A DNA stretch of 64,000 nt from Arcobacteraceae bacterium (GCA_965224485.1 CBDCZH010000019.1:167178-231177), one strand, 5' to 3'. Shown: positions 9,971 through 18,865, counted from the first letter of the stretch. Made by a program: numbers and translations. The notes: generated by a model not told the origin, from the sequence alone.

Positions 9971-10187
9971 AATAAAATTACCTACTTTCTTTAAATTTTG
10001 GCACTAATTATATTTAAATTTAACTTAATTTAAGCATAATTTATTATTAAGAAACTTTTTATTACATTTTTTTGTAATTCAATTATTTAATAACATCATC
10101 ATTATATAATTTTGGAGAACTCCCAAACTAAACTCCTCTTTTTTTAAAATTAAAAATTACACCCAGGGGTAGAAAATCTTTATTCTT

Positions 10188-10304
10188 TTAATAATTTGGT
10201 ATTGTCCCAGTTATTAAATCTTCGCTAAAAATAGAAGCTTTCAAATTTCTTCTTGAAACAATATGGTAATAAGCTAATTCATTAATACGAAGTTTATGAG
10301 CCAT
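10188..10304 (-). pseudogene. N-terminal fragment of a REP-associated tyrosine transposase (RAYT / Y1_Tnp)
   Basis: MAHKLRINELAYYHIVSRRNLKASIF.. fits the MxRxxR..YHIxxRG....IF start of RAYT proteins; GAGGTG RBS; stops after 38 aa. Confidence 0.6.
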
Positions 10305-10386
10305 AATACACCTCAATAATAAATGATACAGCGAGTAAATTAAAGTCTTGGTTAAGAAATTTACTAATTGATGCCTGATATGAATT

Positions 10387-11150
10387 CTATTTTAAGTAAG
10401 TTAAAATTTCTTCATTAATATTAAGAGATTTTGGTTTAATATCTTGCATTAAATTTTTAAAATTTAACACTACTTCATCTTTATTTTCATAAGTCACTTT
10501 TTGTTTAGATTTAATTAAATAAACAGAAAAATCACTTAAAAATGAATTAATAAAAGACATCCATTGGGCTATAAGCTCTGTAAAATTTAACGATTTTATA
10601 TTTACATCAACTTTATAAATAATAAAAGCTTTATATTCTTCTAATTTAAAGTAAGCTCTTAAAAAACTTGAAGCTCTGTTTTTAAGTTTATTTTTTAAAT
10701 TTTTGTTATTTGAAATCTCTGCTAAAACTAAAAATAACCTATATGATAAAGAGGAGTTAAAAATGAAACTTGATTTACAGGGTACTCTTCCCATGCTTTA
10801 AATATATCTTCTATGCTTGAAAACTCATCTGATTCTTTAATCTCTTTTTCTGCTACTTCAAGGTTAAATTCTTGAGTTTCTGTATTGAAAAAAGAGCTAT
10901 TTGATGACAGGTCACTTATCTTTTTAATAGAACGCTCACTGAAGTATAACTTATTCATTTTATCAAAAAAAGAAATTATATTACTAGAGTTTCCATTATG
11001 AACTATCTCTGGCATATATCTTGTTGTGCATGCTATAAGTGCAAATTTTTCTGCTGATTCCTTCATTACACTCTCTTTAAATTCAGAAGATTTAAATAAA
11101 ACTTTAGTGTTAATTTCTTGATGATTTTTTTTTGAATAAATTGTTTCCAT
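10387..11150 (-). CDS. Hypothetical protein, probably one gene split by a frameshift
   Basis: Overlapping ORFs 10728-11150 (AAGGA RBS) and 10387-10794. Confidence 0.5.
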
Positions 11151-11578
11151 TTTAATATTTCCTTAGTATTTATATTTGCTAATATATTTTTTGATTTTGT
11201 ATTGTCACATAAATAGACTTGATTAGGTATTTAACTATTTCTTCTTTGATAAAATGTAGCAGTTTACTAACATAATTATTTAATTTCATATGAATTATTT
11301 GAAGTATCTTATCCAAATTCACTCCTTAATAGTCGAAGCATTGCAATAGAAGACTATTTAGAGTACAAAAGGTTGTAGAGTTGTTAATTTATCTTATGTG
11401 CCTCAAACAATGCTGATAGTGATCTGCTTACCCTAAAAAATTACACCCAAATTTCAAGTTTTTTAAGGTGGCAACTGTCACCGAAATTTACTGTAAAAGT
11501 TTTACAATTATTAGTTTAAGTATTAAAGTGCATTGAAATAGCTGGCTTTTGCTCTTGTAAACTTCCAGTTCCCGCTTT

Positions 11579-11772
11579 CTTACTTTTGTATTGACAAAAA
11601 GTAAGCAAAAACAACTACGGTTTCGGAGGTCTTCGACTACCTAAAGTTTTTTTATTTTCTTGCTTAGCCCTAAAACTTACTAAAATATGCTCCCAGCATA
11701 TTTCTTAACGTGCAAACAGTTATGGCTGGGTTACGCAATAAAATAAAAAAACTTTAGCTCCTGCAAATGTAG
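11579..11772. repeat. Branched palindromic intergenic element
   Basis: cttactttt/aaaagtaag hairpin; 18-bp ctaaagtttttttatttt/aaaataaaaaaactttag stem; inner aaatatgct-ccc-agcatattt hairpin. Confidence 0.65.
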
Positions 11773-12029
11773 CAATCAACGGAATAATTTTTTGTCTGCT
11801 AAAGCAGATGTAGTTCTAATACATAATTAGTAATGTTCTTTAATTAGTATTTGAACTTTTGGATAATAAATAACTTACTCGGAATTTTTCATGCATTTGA
11901 GGAAGCTAGAGTTTGAGAGTTTATTTTGCCTGCAAGCAGGATTTTGTCACTGCGTTTCAGCATCAGTAATAAGGAAGTCATTAAAAGAAACTAGGCTCTT
12001 TAGTGTCAACTGCAATGTAATGGCCATTC

Positions 12030-12734
12030 GTGCCAGGCACCTTTTCCCAAGCACTCAGAGCAAAAGAAAGAAATCATATTCCTGTAGTATTAAGTATTGA
12101 AGATGTTAAAAAAATTATATTAAATACAAATGGAATATACCAAATAATGTTGAAACTAATGTATGGATGTGGATTAAGAATGAGTGAACTATTAAATCTT
12201 AGAATAAAAGACATAGATTTTGATTTTAATAAAGTTTATGTTTATAATAGTAAATCACAAAAAGATAGAACAGTTCCTCTACCTATTAAAATTAAGGAAG
12301 GTATTTTAATACAAATTAAAAGAGTAAAAGAAATACATTCCATAGATATTATAGATGGGTATGGAAGTGTGGAACTTCCTTATGCTATGGATAAAAAATC
12401 GTCTAAATCAAAGTTTGAAACAAAATGGCAATATATTTTTCCTATGGATAAAGTTTCAAAAGATCCAAGAAGTGACATAGTTAGAAGGCACCATATCTTA
12501 GAAGTAACATTTTCAAGAAATATAAGGAGTGCCGTAAGAAAGTCTAATATTGACAAAAGGGTATCAGCTCACACTTTTAGACACTCATACGCAACTCATC
12601 TTTTACAACATGGGACAGATATACGCTCTATTCAAGAGCTATTAGGTCATAAAAGTATAGAAACAACTATGATATATACTCACGTAGTAAAAGAGTTAAA
12701 TAAAGATGAGATAAAAAGTCCATTGGATTTTTAG
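12030..12734 (+). pseudogene. intI: Integron integrase, 5'-truncated (catalytic domain intact)
   Basis: QALRAK..IPVVLS, YGCGLR, KDR, IntI-specific insert ([23 protein letters not shown]), [18 protein letters not shown]. In-frame stop at 12018-12020; no N-terminal domain found upstream. Confidence 0.88.
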
Positions 12735-12750
12735 ATTTAAATTATTAGTA

Positions 12751-12931
12751 AAAAGTGGAGGAAAGTATTATATTTTTGTTTTAATCAAGGCGAAGATTGA
12801 ATTTTAAGCGGAGCGTACATGTAGTACGAGAGTTTAAACTTCATGCCAAAAGGCATAAAGCTAAAACGAATCATTAAAATTCAAGATTCAACGCAGAGTA
12901 AAGCAAAAAGATGATGAGTTACTCCTCTTTT
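12751..12931 (+). repeat. ERIC-like structured repeat, copy 1 (with internal insertion)
   Basis: aatcAAGGCG..GGAG-cgtac/gtacg..cAACGCAGAGt inside nested inverted repeats. Confidence 0.8.
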
Positions 12932-12933
12932 GC

Positions 12934-13077
12934 AAAAATGCTTTTAGAGTGTGAGATTTTAGATTTAATCAAGGCGGTTAAGAAATTTAAAGCGGAGTGT
13001 ACGAATAGTACATGAGCATTTAAATTTCTTGACCAACGCAGAGTAAATTTAAAAGATTATGCTATAAAAGCATTTTT
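12934..13077 (+). repeat. ERIC-like structured repeat, copy 2
   Basis: aatcAAGGCG-gttaagaaatttaaa-gcGGAG-tgtac/gtaca-TGAGc-atttaaatttcttgac-cAACGCAGAGt; outer aaaaatgctttta/taaaagcattttt. Confidence 0.85.
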
Positions 13078-14265
13078 TTAGTGTAGGTCTGCGTTTAGTT
13101 TAACTTCTCTCGTACTTCTCATAGCAATAGTCTGCCCTGTACTTGAATTAACTCTAAAGTGAACTCCATTTACTCCTAAAAATTCAATACCTTTCATAAT
13201 AGTTTTAATCTCTTTATCAGGATTAATTTCTTTAATAGCTGTAACTGCTTTTTCGCTTAAAGTAATTTTTGTTCCTGGTAAAATTGTTACTCCTGCATCT
13301 AAAATACAAGAATCACCAATTGCTGTACCGGTACAAGAATTTGCACCTAAAAGTGTATTTGCACCAATTGAAACAGGTACTCCATCAGTTCCACTTAGTA
13401 CTCCTAAAATTGAAGCACCACCACCAACATCAGAATTAGCACCAACAACAGCAGAAGATGAAATTCTTCCCTCAACCATAACAGTTCCTAGTGTTCCTGC
13501 ATTAAAGTTAATATATGAAGCTCCTGGCATAACTGTTGTTCCAGCTGCCAATTGTGCTCCAAATCTTACTTTTGAAGTTTCTAAAATTCTTGTATTATCA
13601 GCTGGAATAATATGAGATAAAAATCTAGGGAATTTATCTACAAAAGAAATTTCTGGGTATTTTCCAGATAATTTTAATGAAATTTCATTTTCTCTTAACC
13701 AATCTAATTCAACAGGTTCATTTCCAATCCATGCGCAGTTATGTAGTTTTCCAAAAACTCCATCAAGATTTAAAGATAAAAGTTTTGCTTTTGCACTTGA
13801 AAGAGCATATAGTTTTAAATATGCAGCTTCTGTACTTTGTACAGCAGTGTCTTCAAAAATAAATACTACTTTATAATCATCAGATGTCATACCTGAATCA
13901 ACAGGAAGTGTTGCTAAAGTAGAAATTACTTGAATATTTTTATGATTTTCACCTTTTGCTTCTGGAATAAATGGTCTAAAAGCTTCTATACAAGATGTTA
14001 AAAAAGTATCACTTAAATTACAAACTAATTCTGATTTACTTGTATCTATATTTTCACCAGATTCTTTTAAAGCATTTAAAAAAATTGCAGCAGAACCATG
14101 GTTTTCATTCCAGTTAATTACAGGAAAAGTTGCTTGTAGTGTTTTTTCAGGGTTTAACTGACCTCTATCAATTCTTGCAATTCCAAAACCAATTGGATTT
14201 TTATACCAAGATTGACCTTGAATATCTTCAACTACTTTCGTAAACTCTTCTTTAGTAAAAATCAT
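13078..14265 (-). CDS. dapD: Tetrahydrodipicolinate N-succinyltransferase
   Basis: VDKFPR, YINFNAGT, VEGRISS, DVGGGASILGVLSG and C-terminal LNADLH. Confidence 0.95.
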   Translation of the reverse strand: MIFTKEEFTKVVEDIQGQSWYKNPIGFGIARIDRGQLNPEKTLQATFPVINWNENHGSAAIFLNALKESGENIDTSKSELVCNLSDTFLTSCIEAFRPFIPEAKGENHKNIQVISTLATLPVDSGMTSDDYKVVFIFEDTAVQSTEAAYLKLYALSSAKAKLLSLNLDGVFGKLHNCAWIGNEPVELDWLRENEISLKLSGKYPEISFVDKFPRFLSHIIPADNTRILETSKVRFGAQLAAGTTVMPGASYINFNAGTLGTVMVEGRISSSAVVGANSDVGGGASILGVLSGTDGVPVSIGANTLLGANSCTGTAIGDSCILDAGVTILPGTKITLSEKAVTAIKEINPDKEIKTIMKGIEFLGVNGVHFRVNSSTGQTIAMRSTREVKLNADLH

Positions 14266-14365
14266 TATCTTTCCTATGTTAAATTTTTTTAAATTATACT
14301 ATAAATAAATATAAAAAGTATTAATGATTAAGCTTACTTATATCTGCATAACTGAACTTATAAAA

Positions 14366-16213
14366 CTAGTGAATATTATCCATATCAATACTAACCATAC
14401 TTGAATTAATACTATGTAAACTTTGTAATAAGGCTTTTAAGTTTTGTGAACGTAAAATCATTTCATAGCGATATTTATTTGCAATTTTGAAAATTGCACT
14501 TTGCCCTGAACCTACTAATTCAAGATCTTTTTTATCTTTAAAAATATTTACATAATAATCTAATTCATCTTTTACTTTTAAACCATTTGTATGAGAGAAG
14601 ATAACTTTTGCCATTTTATAAAAAGGTGGATATAAATCAGCTCTAAACTCTAACTCTTCTTCTAAAAACTCTTGGTAATCTTTTTCTTTTAAATAATATT
14701 GGAAAAAATCTTCATTTTGGGTTTGAATAATAACCTCACCCTCACCTTTTCTTCCACTTCTTCCTGAAATTTGAATAAGTAAAGATAAAGCTCGCTCTCT
14801 TGCTTTATAAGAGTTCATATTTAAAAGTGAATCAATTCCTAAAATAACTGCTAGTTTTACATTATGATAATCATGACCTTTTGATAACATCTGAGTTCCA
14901 ACTAAAATATCAATTTTATTATTATTAAAATCAGTCAAAACATCTCTTAATTTTTTATCACTTGTTATAGAATCTCTATCAAATCTTTTAATAACTCTAT
15001 TTGAAAATAAAGCATTTAAATTTTCTTCAATTTGAGCAGTTCCTACTCGTAGGTTATGAATTACTCCTGTTTGACAGCTTGGACAAAACTCTGGTATTCT
15101 TTGTGAATAACCACAATAATGGCACTTTAAAGCAAGAGCATTTTTATGTAAACTCATAGAAACAGAACAATAAGGACACTGAACTCCTTGTCCACAAGAA
15201 GTACATATTTGATATTTAAAGTTTGCACGAGTAGGCAAAAAAACAATAACTTGATGCCCTGCTTCCAGAGTTTTAGCAATAGAGTCTTTAATGCTATCAT
15301 CTAAGTCATCTTTTGAAGAGTTAAAAATAATACTTTTATTTGTTTTAAAATAGGTTTCTTTTACCCTAATATATGGAATTTTATGAAAAGAAACAATAGA
15401 AGGAGTAGCACTTCCTAAAATTACTTGAATATCTAGTTTTTTAGACATATATAAAGCTATATCTTTGGCATTATATCTAGGTTTTGAATCACTTTTATAA
15501 GACTCATCATGTTCTTCATCAATAATAATCAAATCTAAGTCTTTATAGGGTAAAAATAAAGAAGACCTAGCTCCTGCTATTAATTTTATTTCGCCTTTTA
15601 ACAAGGCTTCGATTATATTTTCTTTTTTCTTTTTTGTAATTTTTGAGTGCCAAATAGCAACACTTGTATTAAATACTTTTTCTAGTCTATTTTGCATTTG
15701 TGGAGTTAGGGATATTTCAGGCATTAATAAAACTGCTTGTTTCCCTTCATTTAAAACTTTTTCGATATTTTTAATATATATTTCTGTTTTTCCGGAACCT
15801 GTATTTGCAAAAACTAAAGCTTGTTTGTTTTTTTGTGTAAAATCATAAGCTTTTTCTTGTTCTTTAGAAAAACTAATTTTACTATCAAATGTTTTTTTAT
15901 CTTCATTATCTTGGAATTTTTTGTCAAAAGCAGTATAAATACTTAAAGCTTCACCAAGTGAGCTTACATAATATGTAGAAATAAAAGAAGCAATACTTAA
16001 CATTTTTTCATCAAAATATTTATCAGTTATTTCTTCTATTTGAACACATTTAAAACTAGGTTGTTCTACTTCTTTTATAATAACAGCAGGACTTAGATTT
16101 TTTCTATTTCTAAGTTTTACACAAACCTCAGAACCTATATTAATCTCTTTTACACTTGCATACGTAAGATTAGCTAAGGGAGATTTTAATAAAGCTACTT
16201 CATAATAATTCAT
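14366..16213 (-). CDS. priA: Primosomal protein N'
   Basis: TGSGKTE, DEEH, four CxxC zinc motifs, GTQMLSKG and GRSGR. Confidence 0.95.
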   Translation of the reverse strand: MNYYEVALLKSPLANLTYASVKEINIGSEVCVKLRNRKNLSPAVIIKEVEQPSFKCVQIEEITDKYFDEKMLSIASFISTYYVSSLGEALSIYTAFDKKFQDNEDKKTFDSKISFSKEQEKAYDFTQKNKQALVFANTGSGKTEIYIKNIEKVLNEGKQAVLLMPEISLTPQMQNRLEKVFNTSVAIWHSKITKKKKENIIEALLKGEIKLIAGARSSLFLPYKDLDLIIIDEEHDESYKSDSKPRYNAKDIALYMSKKLDIQVILGSATPSIVSFHKIPYIRVKETYFKTNKSIIFNSSKDDLDDSIKDSIAKTLEAGHQVIVFLPTRANFKYQICTSCGQGVQCPYCSVSMSLHKNALALKCHYCGYSQRIPEFCPSCQTGVIHNLRVGTAQIEENLNALFSNRVIKRFDRDSITSDKKLRDVLTDFNNNKIDILVGTQMLSKGHDYHNVKLAVILGIDSLLNMNSYKARERALSLLIQISGRSGRKGEGEVIIQTQNEDFFQYYLKEKDYQEFLEEELEFRADLYPPFYKMAKVIFSHTNGLKVKDELDYYVNIFKDKKDLELVGSGQSAIFKIANKYRYEMILRSQNLKALLQSLHSINSSMVSIDMDNIH

Positions 16214-16671
16214 TAATTTAATTCTTTACAAAGTTTTGAAGAAAATAAACAAGAAAAAGTTCCCTTATTTTGATCATAAGAAAAATCTACATAGTTATCT
16301 GAATTTATATAAATTCTATATTTTCTTCTGTCTATTTTTATCCATTTTCCTAAAATCTTTTGCTCCTTCGTACTTGAAAAAATCATTGGGTCTAAAAGCA
16401 TAATGTCATTATACCCATCAAATAAAGTTTCATTTTCTACATTTATTGAAGCATCATCTAAAAACTCTATATATTCTTCTTTATTATTTAAAAGTAAGGA
16501 TTTTGTAAAAACTTCTTGAATCTCATATTTGATTAAAGATATTTCTGATTTTATTTTTAGTAATTTTGATTTATCTAAAGCCTTGAAACTAGAAGAAAGT
16601 ACAAAGTAAGACAACAAGGCTAAGATACTTATTACAAAAACTAGCTCTAAGAGTGTAAATGATTTTTTCAT
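16213..16671 (-). CDS. Prepilin-type N-terminal methylation domain protein
   Basis: MKKS-FTLLELVFVI followed by a hydrophobic helix. Confidence 0.8.
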   Translation of the reverse strand: MKKSFTLLELVFVISILALLSYFVLSSSFKALDKSKLLKIKSEISLIKYEIQEVFTKSLLLNNKEEYIEFLDDASINVENETLFDGYNDIMLLDPMIFSSTKEQKILGKWIKIDRRKYRIYINSDNYVDFSYDQNKGTFSCLFSSKLCKELN

Positions 16672-16883
16672 TAGTCATTTGATATTTTATTTGATATTTT
16701 TTGCACATCATCTTTAAATTCATTAAATTCTTGGGTCATTCTTATATAAGCTACTAAAAGTTCTTTCGTACTCATATTCTTATCTTTTGTTAAATATTTA
16801 CATAAATCTTGTTCTAAAGAGTTTTCTACACTTATTGTATAGGCTAAATTATCAATATGAAAAGTCAATTCTTTACTAGGCAT
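16671..16883 (-). CDS. Hypothetical, ZapA-like
   Basis: 70 aa; N-terminal beta pattern (LTFHIDNLAYTI) then helices; follows a coiled-coil gene. Confidence 0.4.
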   Translation of the reverse strand: MPSKELTFHIDNLAYTISVENSLEQDLCKYLTKDKNMSTKELLVAYIRMTQEFNEFKDDVQKISNKISND

Positions 16884-17076
16884 TTTCTTTACTCTTTACT
16901 AGGGTTAAAGTACTATCAATTTTCAAAAGCATATCTTGATTGTATCTTACTAACTCATCATTTTTATTTTTAATAGAATCTAATTCGTATTTTAAGGTTT
17001 GGTTTTCAAGTATCAAGTCATTTTTTTGTTTTAAGAGTTTATCAATTTTAATATTTAAGCTTTGAATTATGTTCAT
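16876..17076 (-). CDS. Coiled-coil protein, ZapB-like
   Basis: 66 aa heptad pattern (KIDKLL..LILENQTLKYEL..KIDSTL). Confidence 0.45.
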   Translation of the reverse strand: MNIIQSLNIKIDKLLKQKNDLILENQTLKYELDSIKNKNDELVRYNQDMLLKIDSTLTLVKSKENA

Positions 17077-17158
17077 AAAGCAATTCTATCTAAAAATCAA
17101 TTATTATTTATATAATTTTTACTATAATCTTATTTAAATATAAAAGAAAAGAAATGAA

Positions 17159-18865
17159 ATGAAAATTTTACTTATTTGTACATCATATAATGCTTTAACA
17201 CAAAGAGTTCATACTTTTTTACAAGATTTAAAACATGAAGTTTCTCTTGAGTTTTCAATTTCAAGTAATCATATGATTGAAGCAGTTAATTTATTTAATC
17301 CAGAACTTATTTTAGCTCCATATTTAAAAGAAAAAATACCTAAAGAGATTTATGAAAATATTTTATGTTTAATAATTCATCCAGGAATTATTGGAGATAG
17401 AGGACCTTCTTCATTAGATTGGGCAATTTTAAATAAAGAGAAGACATGGGGAGTTACTTTATTACAAGCAAGTGAACATATGGATGCTGGTGATATATGG
17501 GCTAGTGGCGAGTTTATATTAAGAGCTGCTTCAAAAGCTTCAATATATAGAAATGAAGTTAGTGATGCTAGTATAAAATGCCTAGAAGAACTGTTTTTAA
17601 AATTAAAAGATAAGAATTTTAAAGCACAAGTATTAGATACAAAGAGAAAAGAAGTAAAAGGGAAACTTAGAGTTTCTATGAAGCAAGAAAGTAGAAAAAT
17701 TGATTTTTTAAAAGATAGCTCAGAAGATATTTTAAGGAAAATATATGCTTCTGATTCCAATCCTGGTGTATTATGTACTTTATTTGATAAAAACTATTAT
17801 TTATATGATGCTTTTATAGATGAAAGTATAGAATTTAAACAAAAAGAGCAGAAAGCAGGAGATATACTTGCTAAAAGAAACAGTGCAATTTGTATTTGTA
17901 CAAAAAATAGCTCAATTTGGATAAGTCAGTTAAAAGAGCAAAAAGAGAACTCTTTTAAACTTCCAAGTGTAACTGTATTAAAAGATAAACTAAAAGGAAT
18001 AAAAGAGTCAAGAATAGCTTTAATTAATGAGCAAAATCTTAAAACTTTTAAAGAAATAACTTATAAACAAATAGATGAAGTGGGATACTTGAGTTTTGAT
18101 TTTTATAATGGTGCTATGAGTATTGAGCAGTGTGTTAGACTTAAATATGCTTATGAATTAGTTTTACAAAAAGATATAAAAGTTCTAGTTTTAGAAGGTG
18201 GGTATGATTTCTTTTCAAATGGAATACATTTAAATATAATGCAAGACTCTTTAAAAAAAGAAGAAGATGCTTGGAGCAATATTCATGCTATGAATGATAT
18301 TGTAAAAAGCATTATAAATACAAGTGATATTATAACCATATCAGCTCTAAGTTCAAATGCAGGAGCAGGAGGAGCCATCTTAGCTCTTGCCTGTGATTAT
18401 GTTTTAGCACGTGAGGGAATTATTATAAATGCCCATTATAAAACCCTAGGTTTAGAAGGAAGTGAATATCATACATATTTACTTCCTTCTAAAGTAGGGC
18501 AACAAAACGCAAATCAATTATTAGAAAATTGCTTACCTCTTAGTTCTAAAAAAGCCTTAAAAATAAATTTTGTAAATAAAGTTTTTTCAAATAATAGGGA
18601 AACATATAAAGAAGACCTAGAACTTTTTGCTAAAAACTTAAGCCAAAGTGATGATTTTTATGATTTTTTAGATGAAAAACAAAAAAATAGAGAAAAAGAT
18701 GAAGAATATAAAAGTTTAGAAACATATAGAAAAGAAGAATTAGTACATATGTATAAATCTTTTTACGAAAAAGATTCAGCTTTTAATACCTTAAGAGAAG
18801 ATTTTGTTTTAAAGAAAAAAACAGACAAAACTCCTCTTCGTTTGGCAAATCATAGAAGATTATAG
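17159..18865 (+). CDS. hypX: Hydrogenase maturation factor HypX/HoxX
   Basis: Formyltransferase domain (IHPGIIGDRGPSSLDWA, MDAGDIW) plus crotonase domain (FYNGAMS, FFSNGIHL, NAGAGG). Confidence 0.92.
   Translation: MKILLICTSYNALTQRVHTFLQDLKHEVSLEFSISSNHMIEAVNLFNPELILAPYLKEKIPKEIYENILCLIIHPGIIGDRGPSSLDWAILNKEKTWGVTLLQASEHMDAGDIWASGEFILRAASKASIYRNEVSDASIKCLEELFLKLKDKNFKAQVLDTKRKEVKGKLRVSMKQESRKIDFLKDSSEDILRKIYASDSNPGVLCTLFDKNYYLYDAFIDESIEFKQKEQKAGDILAKRNSAICICTKNSSIWISQLKEQKENSFKLPSVTVLKDKLKGIKESRIALINEQNLKTFKEITYKQIDEVGYLSFDFYNGAMSIEQCVRLKYAYELVLQKDIKVLVLEGGYDFFSNGIHLNIMQDSLKKEEDAWSNIHAMNDIVKSIINTSDIITISALSSNAGAGGAILALACDYVLAREGIIINAHYKTLGLEGSEYHTYLLPSKVGQQNANQLLENCLPLSSKKALKINFVNKVFSNNRETYKEDLELFAKNLSQSDDFYDFLDEKQKNREKDEEYKSLETYRKEELVHMYKSFYEKDSAFNTLREDFVLKKKTDKTPLRLANHRRL

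Noticed and set aside
5264..12030. Integron cassette array with attC sites
   Set aside because: The small genes look like cassette cargo, but I found no convincing RYYYAAC..GTTRRRY folded sites by eye, several genes have their own promoters, and rpsU interrupts the region. A covariance-model scan is still advisable.
11891..12100. 69-aa ORF as the frameshifted IntI N-terminus
   Set aside because: The translation lacks the expected IntI N-terminal motifs (HYS..TE, HP, QNQA) and overlaps a palindromic block.
12751..13077. CRISPR array or attC pair
   Set aside because: Only two long palindromic units, with no repeat-spacer periodicity, no cas genes and no attC R-box ends.
16600..16700. 6S RNA downstream of the zapA-like gene
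   Set aside because: There is no intergenic space; the next gene overlaps the stop codon.
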